Below are positions 38,401 through 47,225 of a stretch of DNA of 64,000 bases, in pieces (position 1 is the stretch's first letter; each line of letters opens with the position of its first letter). The position numbers and the translations under genes were made by a program. The stretch lies in the IMG/VR virus record IMGVR_UViG_3300032770_000001, positions 310,001-374,000 of that record. One strand, written 5' to 3'. The notes beneath the pieces are model-generated. The model saw only the letters and a program-made list of their open reading frames with translations. It ran no database searches and had not been told where the DNA came from.

Positions 38401-41400
38401 ATTTCGACTTCAGGTTTTCGGTCAGCTTCTTGGTCGCCGCGACACGATCCTTCTTCGCCAGTTCAGGATCGTAACCTTGACTGATCCACCATTTCATCAT
38501 GGTCTTCGGGGCACCGAAATTGATGGTCTCCAGACGCGGCACATCGAGATAGTACATCTTCATTCCGCGAGTGGTGCCGCCTGCGAACGTCTTTGCGATA
38601 GACTTGACAGTCGTGAAATAGACGCCATAACCCAGATGGTGAACAGGTGCCGGAATGCCTTCGTGGTACGCCTGATTCTGATAACCGTGCTGGATGTCGC
38701 CGGAGCCTTCTTCGCCCTCGTAGACCACAAAACCCTGATCGCCAATAGCTTCGCGGCGGTCTTCGGTGGTGCCATGATACACCGGGCCGAATAGTTTGCG
38801 GTCGATAGCATCCTGCTGGCTGATGCGATTCATCTTCGCCATCTTGTCAAACACCACACTTGGAATCATCTTCTGAGCCGTAGCCTCTTTGTGTGACAGC
38901 TTAAAGCTCGCAGTCTGCGGTTGCTGTTCAGGCTGAACCTGTTCGACCTCGGTGGGCTCTACGGGCTCTTCCTTCTCCTCAGGCTTGACATACGTATTTG
39001 CGGGCTGTTGCTCACCCGGCTTGAGCCACATGATTTTGTACCCCATGCGCTCATCCCATTGCTTTTTGAAATCCTCAGGCACAGTGCCGTAGTGCACAAC
39101 GATGGGCATCATGCTGCCCTTTTCCTCACGGAAGGCTTCCGGGTCGTTGTAGTAGAACATGAGGTCGCGACCCTCGCGAATCTCCATCACGCATGTGATC
39201 TTGTTGCTGCCGCTATAACCAATGGGCTGCATCGAGCGAGCGTTCTGGAATGACCAGCCGCCTTTCTGCTGAATACGGAGCATGGAACGCAGGGTGCGAG
39301 TCAACTGCTCGGCGGCATTACGAAACACCGCTTCTCCCTGTTCGGTCGTCGGGATCACCGTATCTTTCGGTGGAACCTCAACATCATCGCCCATAACGCG
39401 GCGATAGGTGCGGGTGTAGTCGTAGTTACGGGCGTCGTACCCGTCCTTTTCGATTCGCTTTTGGTCAGACTTGAATGCGTGAGATGTGCGGCGAGTAATA
39501 GACGCCGTGAACACGCCCGGTAGAAGTTCACGAACACGTTTCTCAAGGTTTGCGTCCATCGTTAACTGCGACTCTTCGAGCCGACGCTTGATGGTCGCGA
39601 CGACGCGATCCACATACCGCTGTTGAGAATCAGCGTAAGCCTGCTTCATCGAGTCGGGCGCATTGGGCAGGGTCATCATGAAATGCTCGCCGATCAGGAA
39701 CTCAGAATCATTACCGTGCTCAAACGGAGCATCCAACCACGAAACGATGCTGTCCTCGTCGAGGAATAACGAGTTCGGCTGTCCTTCAACAACCACCATC
39801 ACCATACGATAATCGCCTGCGCTTCTGTTATGGCGAGGAGCGCCGAGAGCCGTCATCAGGTTGCGAGTCAAATAGATTCCGCCGTATGCCTGACGGCTGG
39901 GGCTCGTCATCCCGGCACTGGGATCATCCGCCCACTCTTTGCTCTTACCTTCGGGAACCAAACCTTCGCTCAAAATCGGGCGCAGGTTCTTGATGTCGGT
40001 GCCGTGGTAGTAAATCTGACGGTCAGCGGATTGTTTCTCACGTGGGGACGGAGAGATGTAATTGATGAATGTGTGCATCTCCATCAAAGCGTTCTCTTGG
40101 AACCGAAGCACTGACTGAATCGTGTGTTGTTCGCCGCCGAACTCGTTTTTATAGTCAGCGTACCACTCCTCAGCTTTCGTCAGATTTTCGGCTGCACTCG
40201 TCAACCGCTCCTGCAACATGTTCACATCTTTGCGCTTGGAGGTCTTGAGATACTGCTGGCAGTGGTTAAGCAATGTGAGTAGACGGGGCTGCTGCATCTC
40301 CACAACCGACTCGGCGACCGCAGGTTCGTTTGTGCGGAAGCGAGATGGGTGATGCAGGATAGTATCGTGCTCTGCAAGCAAGGAAGCATAACTCGTAACT
40401 GATCCACGTGGAGCAAATCCGTACCCCGGCTTCCAATCGACCTTGCGGTTTTTCGACGGACCTTTGCGATGAATGATCTTGATCTGCTGCTTGATAAGCG
40501 GTGCCAGACCTTCTGGCAGGCCGAACATGTTGCGCACCTGACCCTTATCATCGATCCAGAAAATCGCGTATTGACCTTCTTCGAACTGTCCGCCAGCCCA
40601 CTGGCTATCCAGAATTCGTTCGCTGAAGATATAGCTGTGATGCCAGTCCTTGCCGTCGCATTCGGCGAAGTCGTGGACTTCCTCGATCACGCCGTCCAGA
40701 ACTGAAGCGGCACCCATAACAAACGGCTTGCCTTTCCACGTGGCGTTATCCCCAGTGACGGCAGCCGCAGCCGCGTACTTCTTGAACGCCTTCGGCGTCC
40801 AGTAAATCTTGTAGTACCCGCCGTACTGATCTTTGGGGTCGTTGTTCGGCTCCTCAACCTTGGAGCAAACGCACTCAGCGACGGGCATCGCGTCGAAAGT
40901 AAAATAGACGGTTTCGCCAGCCAGCAAGATCGGGCGTCCCTTGTAAGCGTAGAACCGCTCCTGTGTCTCTGGGACCTCCCGGAAGAACCCCTCGCGGAAA
41001 TCGGACGGAACTTCGATGTACATCGCCTTCTTTAGCAGGCTGCCAGTCTTGGCATAGGGGTCTACAGTGCCCTGTAATTGCACAGCAAGGCCGCTGTACG
41101 TGCGCCATTCTCCCAAGGCGGACTCACGTGTGCCCAGAGCCCCCGGACGCGGCGTAAAGCTCAGAATCGCGATCTGATCGTCCGGCACTTGACCCAATGC
41201 CTCTACGTTCGAACTGAAAAAGAGAGGATTGAGCGGTCCACCCGCGTTCTCGCGAGCCGCGCACCATGTTTTGTAAAAGTCGAAGGATCGCTCCCGAAGT
41301 TCGGCTTCGGACATCGGCACCTTCCAGTACGACCAGCGGCGATTCCCCTCCGCATCCGTCCAACCATCACCCACGGGTTCGGCATTCGGCATCTCTTCCT

Positions 41401-43417
41401 GCGTCTTGCCCCGGTAGGATGAACTGCTCTCGATCTTTTTGCCCTCAATGAGTGCTTGTAGGTGGATGGGATAAGGTTTGCCGGGTCTCCAGTCCTTGTC
41501 CTGCGTCAAGTACGCCCCGCCCCACGTCACAGCTTCGTACAACCATGAACGCTGTGCTCCCACGCCCTTCTGTGCCATTTCAAGCATCTGAGGCACGGTA
41601 AGCTGCCCGGAGGCAACCTTCTTGCCCTCCACGACCGCAAGGTAAATTCCTTTGGCTATTTCGATGTCCTCAGTAAAGCTAATCGCCATACTGGTGCCGC
41701 CGCCCAACCCAGTACCTTCCGCCATCTGAAGTTGATAGCGAGTCTTCAGACCGCCCGACTGAACCGCAGATAGAGCGGTGGTCACATGGTAGAGAGTCTG
41801 TGGCAGGGGCTTGAATTGGCCCGGCATATAGAGCCCACGTTCCTTAGCGACCGTAGGATCAAGCCGTCCCTCGGAGATCGCCGCCAAAGCCGACTGCTCC
41901 CAATCCTGACGCCGCTTGTGACGTTCACGATTCTGTTCATCGGTCTCTTGCTCGAATATTTCTTGTCCCTTTTCGTCCTTGACGATCTTGGGATACGGGG
42001 CATACTCTTCCCGATTTTGTTCCCACGGCTCACCTGCCGCCGTAATCATCGTACCGGGTTGAACCTCATTTGGCTCTTCGTCATCCAGCTTGATAAGCTT
42101 CAACTGTGCTCCGTCACGCAGAGTGACTTCGTATTCATCGGGATTCTCAAAGTTCGCCACGAACGTCTGCCAAGGATCGACATCATTCTCGCTCTGAACT
42201 TCAGCGGTGATGGTCACCAGACGACCCTTCTTACCGCCCCCGCTCTGCCCCGACCAAAGCGAGGAGCCGCCCCAGTAAGCATCCGCCGCATCCGGGTTGG
42301 TCGTCCAGAATACTCCGGCACCATCCAGTTGGGGCTTTTGACCTTTTGGAACCTCAAGGGCTCGGTAGACGATCAGTGGAAATTCAAGGGTGTTAACCTG
42401 ACCGACCGCCTCGTCATACTTCCACTCCAGTTCCATGCGTTCGTCTTTGCTGCGAGGCAGCGGAAGCCCGTACTTCTGCTTGTAGAACTCTTTCAATGGT
42501 GGGGCATTGAATCTAATGCTGCCAGTCTTGGATGCGGTCGCAGGTTGGGCTTCGGCTTGAGGCTGTTGTTTGATAATCCCATTCTCGTCCCAAGGCAACT
42601 CCTGTTTCTGTTTCACCACAGGAGGCTTGTGCACTTTTGTATCGTAGTAGCTGCGAAGTGCCTGCTGGTATTGAGCCCAGTTGTTGACCACCCAACTTGT
42701 GACATCGCTCAGATCGTCGCTTTCGTAAATTGGGCGATCTTTGGCGTTCACAGGCAACTGCCACGTGCCGTAGTTGTTCATGATCGGCACGATGTCACGA
42801 GCCTCGGAGCCACGGAATATCACCTGAGGCTCATCGTCACCCGTGTGCCAGACCCGGATTCCGGACGCCCGGAAGAGAACTGCGTGCTTGCCGTACTTGG
42901 AACTGCCGCTGCGTGCGCCTGAGTAACGCATGAAATCGGAGAGTAAATAGGCGAAGTTGAAACCACCGGACTTTTTAGCGGCATCGCTGAACCATGTGGT
43001 TAAAGCGACACGATCCATATCGTCCATGCCGTACTTGAATCCGCTGGAAGCGATACCATCGGGATCATCGGTGAAGTGGATGAGCCACTGATTCTTGACC
43101 ATCCCCTCATAGCTCAACGTCAGATAGCTCGGTGCGTCGGCGGGGTTAGCGGATAGGATGGAGTTGGCTTCTTCCTCTTTGAAGCCCTGCATGAGTTTTT
43201 GGGAAAAGACGGACAAGTCCATGTCCATGACGGTATCGACGAGCGTCTCCGGATCATCTTCCTGCGGGAGCTTGTCCGCTTCATCGCTGTTTTGGACGTA
43301 GGCTACGAAATCCTGAGGGAACTTGAATACCATGTCCCGTGCGATGTCGGCATCGCTCATGGTCAGGTATTGTTTCAGCCAGTTAATCTCTTCGCCAAGA
43401 TAAGCCTGTTTTTCCAT
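32438..43417 (-). CDS. giant polyvalent protein (3659 aa): ~8 ART-like, 4 GNAT, 3 ParB-like, NUDIX, transglutaminase-like and unknown modules
   Basis: multiple YHGT/YHVT/VYR ART starts; GNAT RGxGxG loops; Nudix box GGAVKEGMGLAQSAKAELKEETG; DGxHR ParB motifs; C..H..D triad. Confidence 0.85.
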   Translation of the reverse strand: MEKQAYLGEEINWLKQYLTMSDADIARDMVFKFPQDFVAYVQNSDEADKLPQEDDPETLVDTVMDMDLSVFSQKLMQGFKEEEANSILSANPADAPSYLTLSYEGMVKNQWLIHFTDDPDGIASSGFKYGMDDMDRVALTTWFSDAAKKSGGFNFAYLLSDFMRYSGARSGSSKYGKHAVLFRASGIRVWHTGDDEPQVIFRGSEARDIVPIMNNYGTWQLPVNAKDRPIYESDDLSDVTSWVVNNWAQYQQALRSYYDTKVHKPPVVKQKQELPWDENGIIKQQPQAEAQPATASKTGSIRFNAPPLKEFYKQKYGLPLPRSKDERMELEWKYDEAVGQVNTLEFPLIVYRALEVPKGQKPQLDGAGVFWTTNPDAADAYWGGSSLWSGQSGGGKKGRLVTITAEVQSENDVDPWQTFVANFENPDEYEVTLRDGAQLKLIKLDDEEPNEVQPGTMITAAGEPWEQNREEYAPYPKIVKDEKGQEIFEQETDEQNRERHKRRQDWEQSALAAISEGRLDPTVAKERGLYMPGQFKPLPQTLYHVTTALSAVQSGGLKTRYQLQMAEGTGLGGGTSMAISFTEDIEIAKGIYLAVVEGKKVASGQLTVPQMLEMAQKGVGAQRSWLYEAVTWGGAYLTQDKDWRPGKPYPIHLQALIEGKKIESSSSYRGKTQEEMPNAEPVGDGWTDAEGNRRWSYWKVPMSEAELRERSFDFYKTWCAARENAGGPLNPLFFSSNVEALGQVPDDQIAILSFTPRPGALGTRESALGEWRTYSGLAVQLQGTVDPYAKTGSLLKKAMYIEVPSDFREGFFREVPETQERFYAYKGRPILLAGETVYFTFDAMPVAECVCSKVEEPNNDPKDQYGGYYKIYWTPKAFKKYAAAAAVTGDNATWKGKPFVMGAASVLDGVIEEVHDFAECDGKDWHHSYIFSERILDSQWAGGQFEEGQYAIFWIDDKGQVRNMFGLPEGLAPLIKQQIKIIHRKGPSKNRKVDWKPGYGFAPRGSVTSYASLLAEHDTILHHPSRFRTNEPAVAESVVEMQQPRLLTLLNHCQQYLKTSKRKDVNMLQERLTSAAENLTKAEEWYADYKNEFGGEQHTIQSVLRFQENALMEMHTFINYISPSPREKQSADRQIYYHGTDIKNLRPILSEGLVPEGKSKEWADDPSAGMTSPSRQAYGGIYLTRNLMTALGAPRHNRSAGDYRMVMVVVEGQPNSLFLDEDSIVSWLDAPFEHGNDSEFLIGEHFMMTLPNAPDSMKQAYADSQQRYVDRVVATIKRRLEESQLTMDANLEKRVRELLPGVFTASITRRTSHAFKSDQKRIEKDGYDARNYDYTRTYRRVMGDDVEVPPKDTVIPTTEQGEAVFRNAAEQLTRTLRSMLRIQQKGGWSFQNARSMQPIGYSGSNKITCVMEIREGRDLMFYYNDPEAFREEKGSMMPIVVHYGTVPEDFKKQWDERMGYKIMWLKPGEQQPANTYVKPEEKEEPVEPTEVEQVQPEQQPQTASFKLSHKEATAQKMIPSVVFDKMAKMNRISQQDAIDRKLFGPVYHGTTEDRREAIGDQGFVVYEGEEGSGDIQHGYQNQAYHEGIPAPVHHLGYGVYFTTVKSIAKTFAGGTTRGMKMYYLDVPRLETINFGAPKTMMKWWISQGYDPELAKKDRVAATKKLTENLKSKYDAVWFKGKGLHKLLDGDQIVVFDPSRVYEVDPSMTKPGDIGSKVQRKADGMKGVIRQIRNLAPDVGQQYYGGATRLLEVKWQKGGTDYNVYDRDVVFLDAKGKPVAGQEETTQASAAPAKEYDPNDPKVVEALAKILFGSPSIDWLSGGEATSWEQLPERTQKAYLRSAKWRLQNRPDEAKAYLEQTKTSAVKDDVDRLKKDYSTGVMFVDTNEALRKRKDDDLDTNDRQTVLDLDEAIESNPLPEATTVYRIVPDNAVMANEGSRFIDRGFVSCTLDGDPAWLDQLAKHIGLKKYDVLIINVPKGTGHLDIGGYQKEIVLGRGYQFKVDKFELDKVNDRAFRTCSIVGRVKTAALADGVEVIAEEIPKGVEAYAKLGGQRVGVVFLQLMEDAPGNPRAPKNSLMVDAASVAQHLQGQGIGLRIYQAGIAKAAELGYERLYEGIDHSPQAASVWEKLKKRYQTDFDDDWGLYYIVLGSTPKTGSEVPKGDVSKLTFETEENDNEYGGWTIRAWAPDRMPRPFAQYEGPVGFIDIGTEGAVIAGPYVYDINVEDAYRGTGLGQKLYDMAIVEAKKRGYKEFNSSIDQTPEAKAAWKRISQRYPVTKKRDKRDKLPYFSIKLAEGFNDEGFWAGEGNAASGVLPICTTTKRICFAWRSPDVHIGDCWGTIGGAVKEGMGLAQSAKAELKEETGYGGGVTMIPAYVFSSGSFSYHNFIGLVGTEFSFHPQSEHHWETTGLEWFTLDEINKMMEEDSGSFHPGLIALFKNSKDIIEKHAGGQKKQASLSDIREIVLDARESVIGSRRAQNGDCEPVSDAVYDALENAGYSPSIAYGYSNGIPHSWVIIDNTYIDATSDQFEDYEPYGSTPAPLDDIVREIRIGNINDADYKQNYNLSGQRTYSKRASSPEGDDKMPTTLDYVGERPLVIDEWARKPWEQRKQDIANAPLDEFDPSIVKTDQSVLVTADYDYFLQNPELINEPKANASEEHLAHPLFIDTDEGLFVFDGNHRTAAAKELGQMIKAYLIDLRGWEDGEKTGAGPVDVDYGSGMYKNFKLELEYGYHEYGDPTDPDLEIDENNWNLVTVRAFDTTQKGLTAQGKYAGSVDFVLRNNKLQSANTEVEPEYRRQGLATAMYMYAEEVVGHYVVPHSDRSPAGFGLWQQKNRPFGKGSSETTGSSEDDLEAQFNVKYPEAGQVVDGRTVLDQVDNMSSIAATFPNYLILDGIREVPFDEFDMPPDVTPRTKQLAEEIKQSGELMPLIVGVDPGGPFIVEGSHRYDALKILGAKSIPAVVVLDLDEFNKTASKTAAGVREIVVSTDFGTAEGYVASTTAEQLQNWLDRFNYTNEELVADIRQYDYFAVLNNINVYDSARGQGHGNDLLYKFLDEAESRGAKLCLLVADTAEEQAKGFNLIQWYENNDFEDIDMVAGGHLMMKVWGHPTEHTAAKKQRWSDEGLLNKSDALKYKRWWESRGHSVLLDKVHGGLYRVQLKLDPTHGKVAKQYGPVYHGTYKWSDNIHNDPKYRVGKFFCTDPLVAQAYGSFVYECYLTINKPFVVDAKNNGYYSIPTPKAMKGWFNGDEVDTDSIVSFAHERGYDGVIIKNVIELHHETLGNDDYIVFKPNQVKVKGIVEPEISPYTANKYHKQELQRRLQRDYKEGSVKTAKTMTMYHGTPHVFNEFAPTTGKRTLWGLAEVTVGSNAYFFTPDYQTAVNWAENRAGNPGNKRDKYVLTCQITMNNPVDFTNPNWIDEDVDVQPLPMGTTPPEHATRTLLEALRAYTEGQLNEQDWKEMGINIDMLEVTDPGMEWKLIDSKPVMDALRFLKYDGAILDEGNSPEFGGKSYCVFSPQQIKILKRTKVAGKAPEVTWVPDPDINDDRDFHYDPNVTLVPIEKIEGGEQMSRQGQTHYAEKVNRFARRMKQGGSKFKAIAVWPEKDGKYQIRDGHHRWLAALKAGVKTIGVHIFIKYEKWEPEWDEDTKTSAEFLSSEKSS

Positions 43418-43436
43418 CTTGAGTCCCTACAAAGGT

Positions 43437-46400
43437 TTAGGAAGGCTTCTTTTCGACTTTTTCCTGTTCAACAAAGTCCGGGCCTTCAGTTGGCTGAGCC
43501 GGAGCGACTTGCACATCCTGCAACTTTTTCTTTTTGTACACCGTATCCCGGTCGATGCCCAACTGCTTGCAGATCGGGCAGCTACGCGAGAGTCCGCCCT
43601 GATTCTTCAACCGCCGTTCGAAAGCACGGGTGACGGGCTTTTCTGGAGGGGCTCCCCAGATTTTGGCGACCGTGAATGTAAGCCCTTTTCCATGAAGAGC
43701 TTCTATCAGTTTTACGCCTGACGTGTTGTTGTAGTGTTCTTGGATGCGCGTTTGCGCGTCTTTAGCCCAGCCGAGATAGTGCCCAGCGTGGAACTTCCCG
43801 GTGGTAGCATCGGGACGGCTGGATGGAACCGTCTGACCCTGTCCGATGAGGAAGTGGAGGAGATACACCTGACCCGGCTCATTCATCTTGGCGGTCTTTG
43901 GCATAGTGTACGATTCTACATCCTTTTCGACTTCATCCAAAGAGTAGCCAATCGGACCGCCTTCCCAGTCCACGTAACCCTCTTCTTCGCTCAGGACGAC
44001 CTCCATATCTGACCATGAGCCTGCTTTGATCGGCTGCCACTGATCGTGCCAGTACATCTCGATCCGGCTCGGCGGAATGACTTCCTTGACCCATGCCTCA
44101 CGGAACTCTTCTTTTTCCTTAAGCTCATGGACGTTGTAAATCTCAGGTTCTCCAGTCTCCATTGCCATCTCTGGTGGAATGGTGACGCGGAGACAAATCG
44201 GAATAGACGCCTTGCCGTAAGCTTCCAGCGTATCGCGGAACACGATCTCGGCGTAGTACATTGCTCCACCGGGAGTCGGTGCGAAGAACGTCTTATCGTA
44301 ACTGAATTGACCCAACGATCCACCCCATTGCGGATTTTGTGATGGCTTGAGCCCGTTCTTGGCGATAGAGTTAATATTCTTGGCAGCCGTTGCGTGATAG
44401 AACACACGAGGCTCATTCGCTACTTTTGCCGTGACCATCTTGACGGGGGGCTCGATCCAGTTGTCGCCCTCGTACTGGATGCCTTCGAGTTCGAACTGCG
44501 TGCCCTCTTTCAATCGAACCTCTTTTTCCTCGTCCCCAGTGGACGGCATCATGTTGGCACTCAGCGTACCTTCCCAATCCACATCATTCTCGGTGATTAC
44601 GGCGTGCAGCGTGACGCTCGGTCCACCAGTACCCCAATGACATTCAGCGGCGTTCTCATCCCACGACCAGTACACGCCGACGCCTTTGTACTGGATCGAT
44701 TGGAGCCCTTGTTGGTATTCTTCCATCGGTGTGCCGGGAAACAGATGTTGTTGCGCCGGAGCCGGATATTCTCTGCCTCTGGTTTTTGAACCGACCTCCG
44801 GAACGGAAATGCAACGGTACACGTCCATCGGGAACACCCAGCGGTTGTAAGAAGCCACTAGCTCGTTGTACTTGTCTTCGTACTCATCTCTGGCACGTCT
44901 AATCATTTCCTGCTCACGCTGCCGCTGGTTTTTGATGTCCAGATCGTACCCGTATTGTTCTTCGAGTTGAACATCATAAGCGCCAAGAAGTCCCTTCATT
45001 CCGCCCTGCCGACGCAGCCACGTATTAAACGGGGCGAAACGTGCAGCCGAGGTTTTGCCCTGTCCGGACAAACGACTCAAAGTACGGCTGCCGCCCTCAA
45101 CAAACCAGCTTGCCAGATCGCTACGCTGATGCACCACGTTCAAAATTTTGTCAATGATCTGAAGCTTCTGTTCCGGCGATTGCGCCTTCTCCAGTTGGTC
45201 AGCCAGACCCCACAGCGGTTTCATGGCGTAATCGCTGATGCGCCAGTTGCCTTTTTCGTCATCGAAGAACGACGGCACCTGCTCCCAGTAGTCTTCCGGC
45301 AACTGAGCATCCAACATGTCCTGCGCATAAGCACGGGGATTTCCCGTCTCATGTCCAGTGAAGAATGTGTTGATTTGAAGTTTGTAGATGTTTTTGGTAA
45401 TCAACCACGCAATGTCATCAAGACCCTTCTCATCACGCACGTGCCCAGTTTTTGCCCAGTCATTCCAAATCTTGATGAGGCGACCAGCGGGGACAAGCTC
45501 CCACTTCATACGGTATTCCTTGTCGCCGAGATGATCGTTGTACTCGTTCAAAATCTGAAACTCAAGGTCGCTGTACAGTTCGGAATCAAACGCAACTTTG
45601 CGGGAGCCCGTCTTGCCGCTGAAATGTTTGATCGCCCAGCTAAGCGCCTTGGCTTCATCCTTGGCACCGAAGCTCTCCAGCTTTTGAACTTCTTCCTGAG
45701 TCTTCTGCTGTGGATACATCTCATCCCAATTCTCGACAATGTATCGAGCGAAGTAGTGCCACGGTTCATGGATCGCAATAAACTGGCTCGGCGGTACGTC
45801 GCCATTCATGATGACGTGGCGATACCCCTTTGCCCACTCATCCAATTCCTCTTGTGTAGGCTCAACATCATGAATCATGCGATTGCTGTTGGGGTCTTGA
45901 CGCCAGCCCTTATCCGGATAGTTGGCACGTTGACTGATCTGATCTGGTTTCGCCCAAAATTCGACGAATATGTTATTGTGCTCAGGCGGATAACTTGACG
46001 CCCAAACACCAGCCGATGGCTGCGGTCTGCCGGAACCGTCATCTCCGCGAGCCTTGGACGCGAGCAATCCCTGCGAGCGGATGCTTGCCAGATTCGCGTA
46101 ACTCTTAGTGTAATGGTACAGGCGAACGGTGCCCGGTGGTATTGGTGCGGTACCCGGCTCAGGTGCAAGCTCGGACTCACTGTTCACAGAAGCATGTTTG
46201 AGGGTGCCTTCATCCATCGGCTCTTCCCACCACAACTGCGTGCGACGAAGCTTGGGGAATGCTTGACCACCGATGCCCTCAAAGCCGTGCTGCGGCACCA
46301 TGTCATACTGATCGGCGTAAGCCAGCTTGGGTTTCTGGAGCCCCTCCTGAATATATCCTTCCTCATCCACCTGTGACATCGGATCGATGTTCGCACTGTA

Positions 46401-47225
46401 GATTGAAACCCAGCTAGAACCGTTCCAAACTTCAATATCATCCGGCATCAACGTGCCGTTATAGTAGAACGCTTCGGAGCCGGAATCATCAGTGCCGATG
46501 TCGTCCAACTTGAGCTTCCAGTCAGCCTGCTCACGCATACGCAGTACGCACGGAATCAAACCCTCTTCACCGGGTTCGTCAGAATTGTGGTAAGCGAACT
46601 CTTCGGCACGCATGACCCAAAACGAGACGCCTTTGGCGTCGGTCAGGAAGACTTTGCCAGCTTTGTGACCAGCGAGTGCCGGACCTCCGATACCGGATTC
46701 CGCACCGGGCGTTAATCCACCGGAGGCGATGCTATCCAGATTCTTCAAGTAGGTGACGTGGTAGATGTACTTGCCGGGGGAGGCGTATTCATAGCCCTGA
46801 TCGTCATAATCAAACGCGAATTTCTCGGTAAGTTGCCGACCAGCCGTGGGGATGTACTCGTATTTCCACATGCCTTCAATCTGCACTTCATTCAGTTTAT
46901 CGTTTGGAACGAAGAAACCGTCTTCCTTGTGCTCAGTGGTCTGTACGGCATCTTCCGGCACCCGCACTTTGATGATTGCCATCTCCGGCTTGCGGTTCTT
47001 GATTTCAGACCACGGCTTGCCGGAATCGGTCAGCTTCTTCCAGAATTTGCCTTCGGCGACCGAAGCATAAGCCTCGGAATACTTCAGATCGTCATAGAAG
47101 TAGATTCCATCACGTCCTTGCGGTGCGTAGTAGTTTCTCCAAAAACCCTGATCGATGGGCTTGAATCCTTCCGCTTTAATCTTCTCCGCAATTTCGACGG
47201 ACGTGACGTGGTAGAGGGTCAACAT
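43437..47225 (-). CDS. polyvalent protein (1262 aa): ~5 ART-like modules, an unknown module and a C-terminal GIY-YIG-like nuclease
   Basis: LYHVT, IYHVT, LYHYT, VYRC, FYHAT ART starts; 'VYLLHF..HYLGW..RIQEH..ERRLK..CPIC'. Confidence 0.8.
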   Translation of the reverse strand: MLTLYHVTSVEIAEKIKAEGFKPIDQGFWRNYYAPQGRDGIYFYDDLKYSEAYASVAEGKFWKKLTDSGKPWSEIKNRKPEMAIIKVRVPEDAVQTTEHKEDGFFVPNDKLNEVQIEGMWKYEYIPTAGRQLTEKFAFDYDDQGYEYASPGKYIYHVTYLKNLDSIASGGLTPGAESGIGGPALAGHKAGKVFLTDAKGVSFWVMRAEEFAYHNSDEPGEEGLIPCVLRMREQADWKLKLDDIGTDDSGSEAFYYNGTLMPDDIEVWNGSSWVSIYSANIDPMSQVDEEGYIQEGLQKPKLAYADQYDMVPQHGFEGIGGQAFPKLRRTQLWWEEPMDEGTLKHASVNSESELAPEPGTAPIPPGTVRLYHYTKSYANLASIRSQGLLASKARGDDGSGRPQPSAGVWASSYPPEHNNIFVEFWAKPDQISQRANYPDKGWRQDPNSNRMIHDVEPTQEELDEWAKGYRHVIMNGDVPPSQFIAIHEPWHYFARYIVENWDEMYPQQKTQEEVQKLESFGAKDEAKALSWAIKHFSGKTGSRKVAFDSELYSDLEFQILNEYNDHLGDKEYRMKWELVPAGRLIKIWNDWAKTGHVRDEKGLDDIAWLITKNIYKLQINTFFTGHETGNPRAYAQDMLDAQLPEDYWEQVPSFFDDEKGNWRISDYAMKPLWGLADQLEKAQSPEQKLQIIDKILNVVHQRSDLASWFVEGGSRTLSRLSGQGKTSAARFAPFNTWLRRQGGMKGLLGAYDVQLEEQYGYDLDIKNQRQREQEMIRRARDEYEDKYNELVASYNRWVFPMDVYRCISVPEVGSKTRGREYPAPAQQHLFPGTPMEEYQQGLQSIQYKGVGVYWSWDENAAECHWGTGGPSVTLHAVITENDVDWEGTLSANMMPSTGDEEKEVRLKEGTQFELEGIQYEGDNWIEPPVKMVTAKVANEPRVFYHATAAKNINSIAKNGLKPSQNPQWGGSLGQFSYDKTFFAPTPGGAMYYAEIVFRDTLEAYGKASIPICLRVTIPPEMAMETGEPEIYNVHELKEKEEFREAWVKEVIPPSRIEMYWHDQWQPIKAGSWSDMEVVLSEEEGYVDWEGGPIGYSLDEVEKDVESYTMPKTAKMNEPGQVYLLHFLIGQGQTVPSSRPDATTGKFHAGHYLGWAKDAQTRIQEHYNNTSGVKLIEALHGKGLTFTVAKIWGAPPEKPVTRAFERRLKNQGGLSRSCPICKQLGIDRDTVYKKKKLQDVQVAPAQPTEGPDFVEQEKVEKKPS

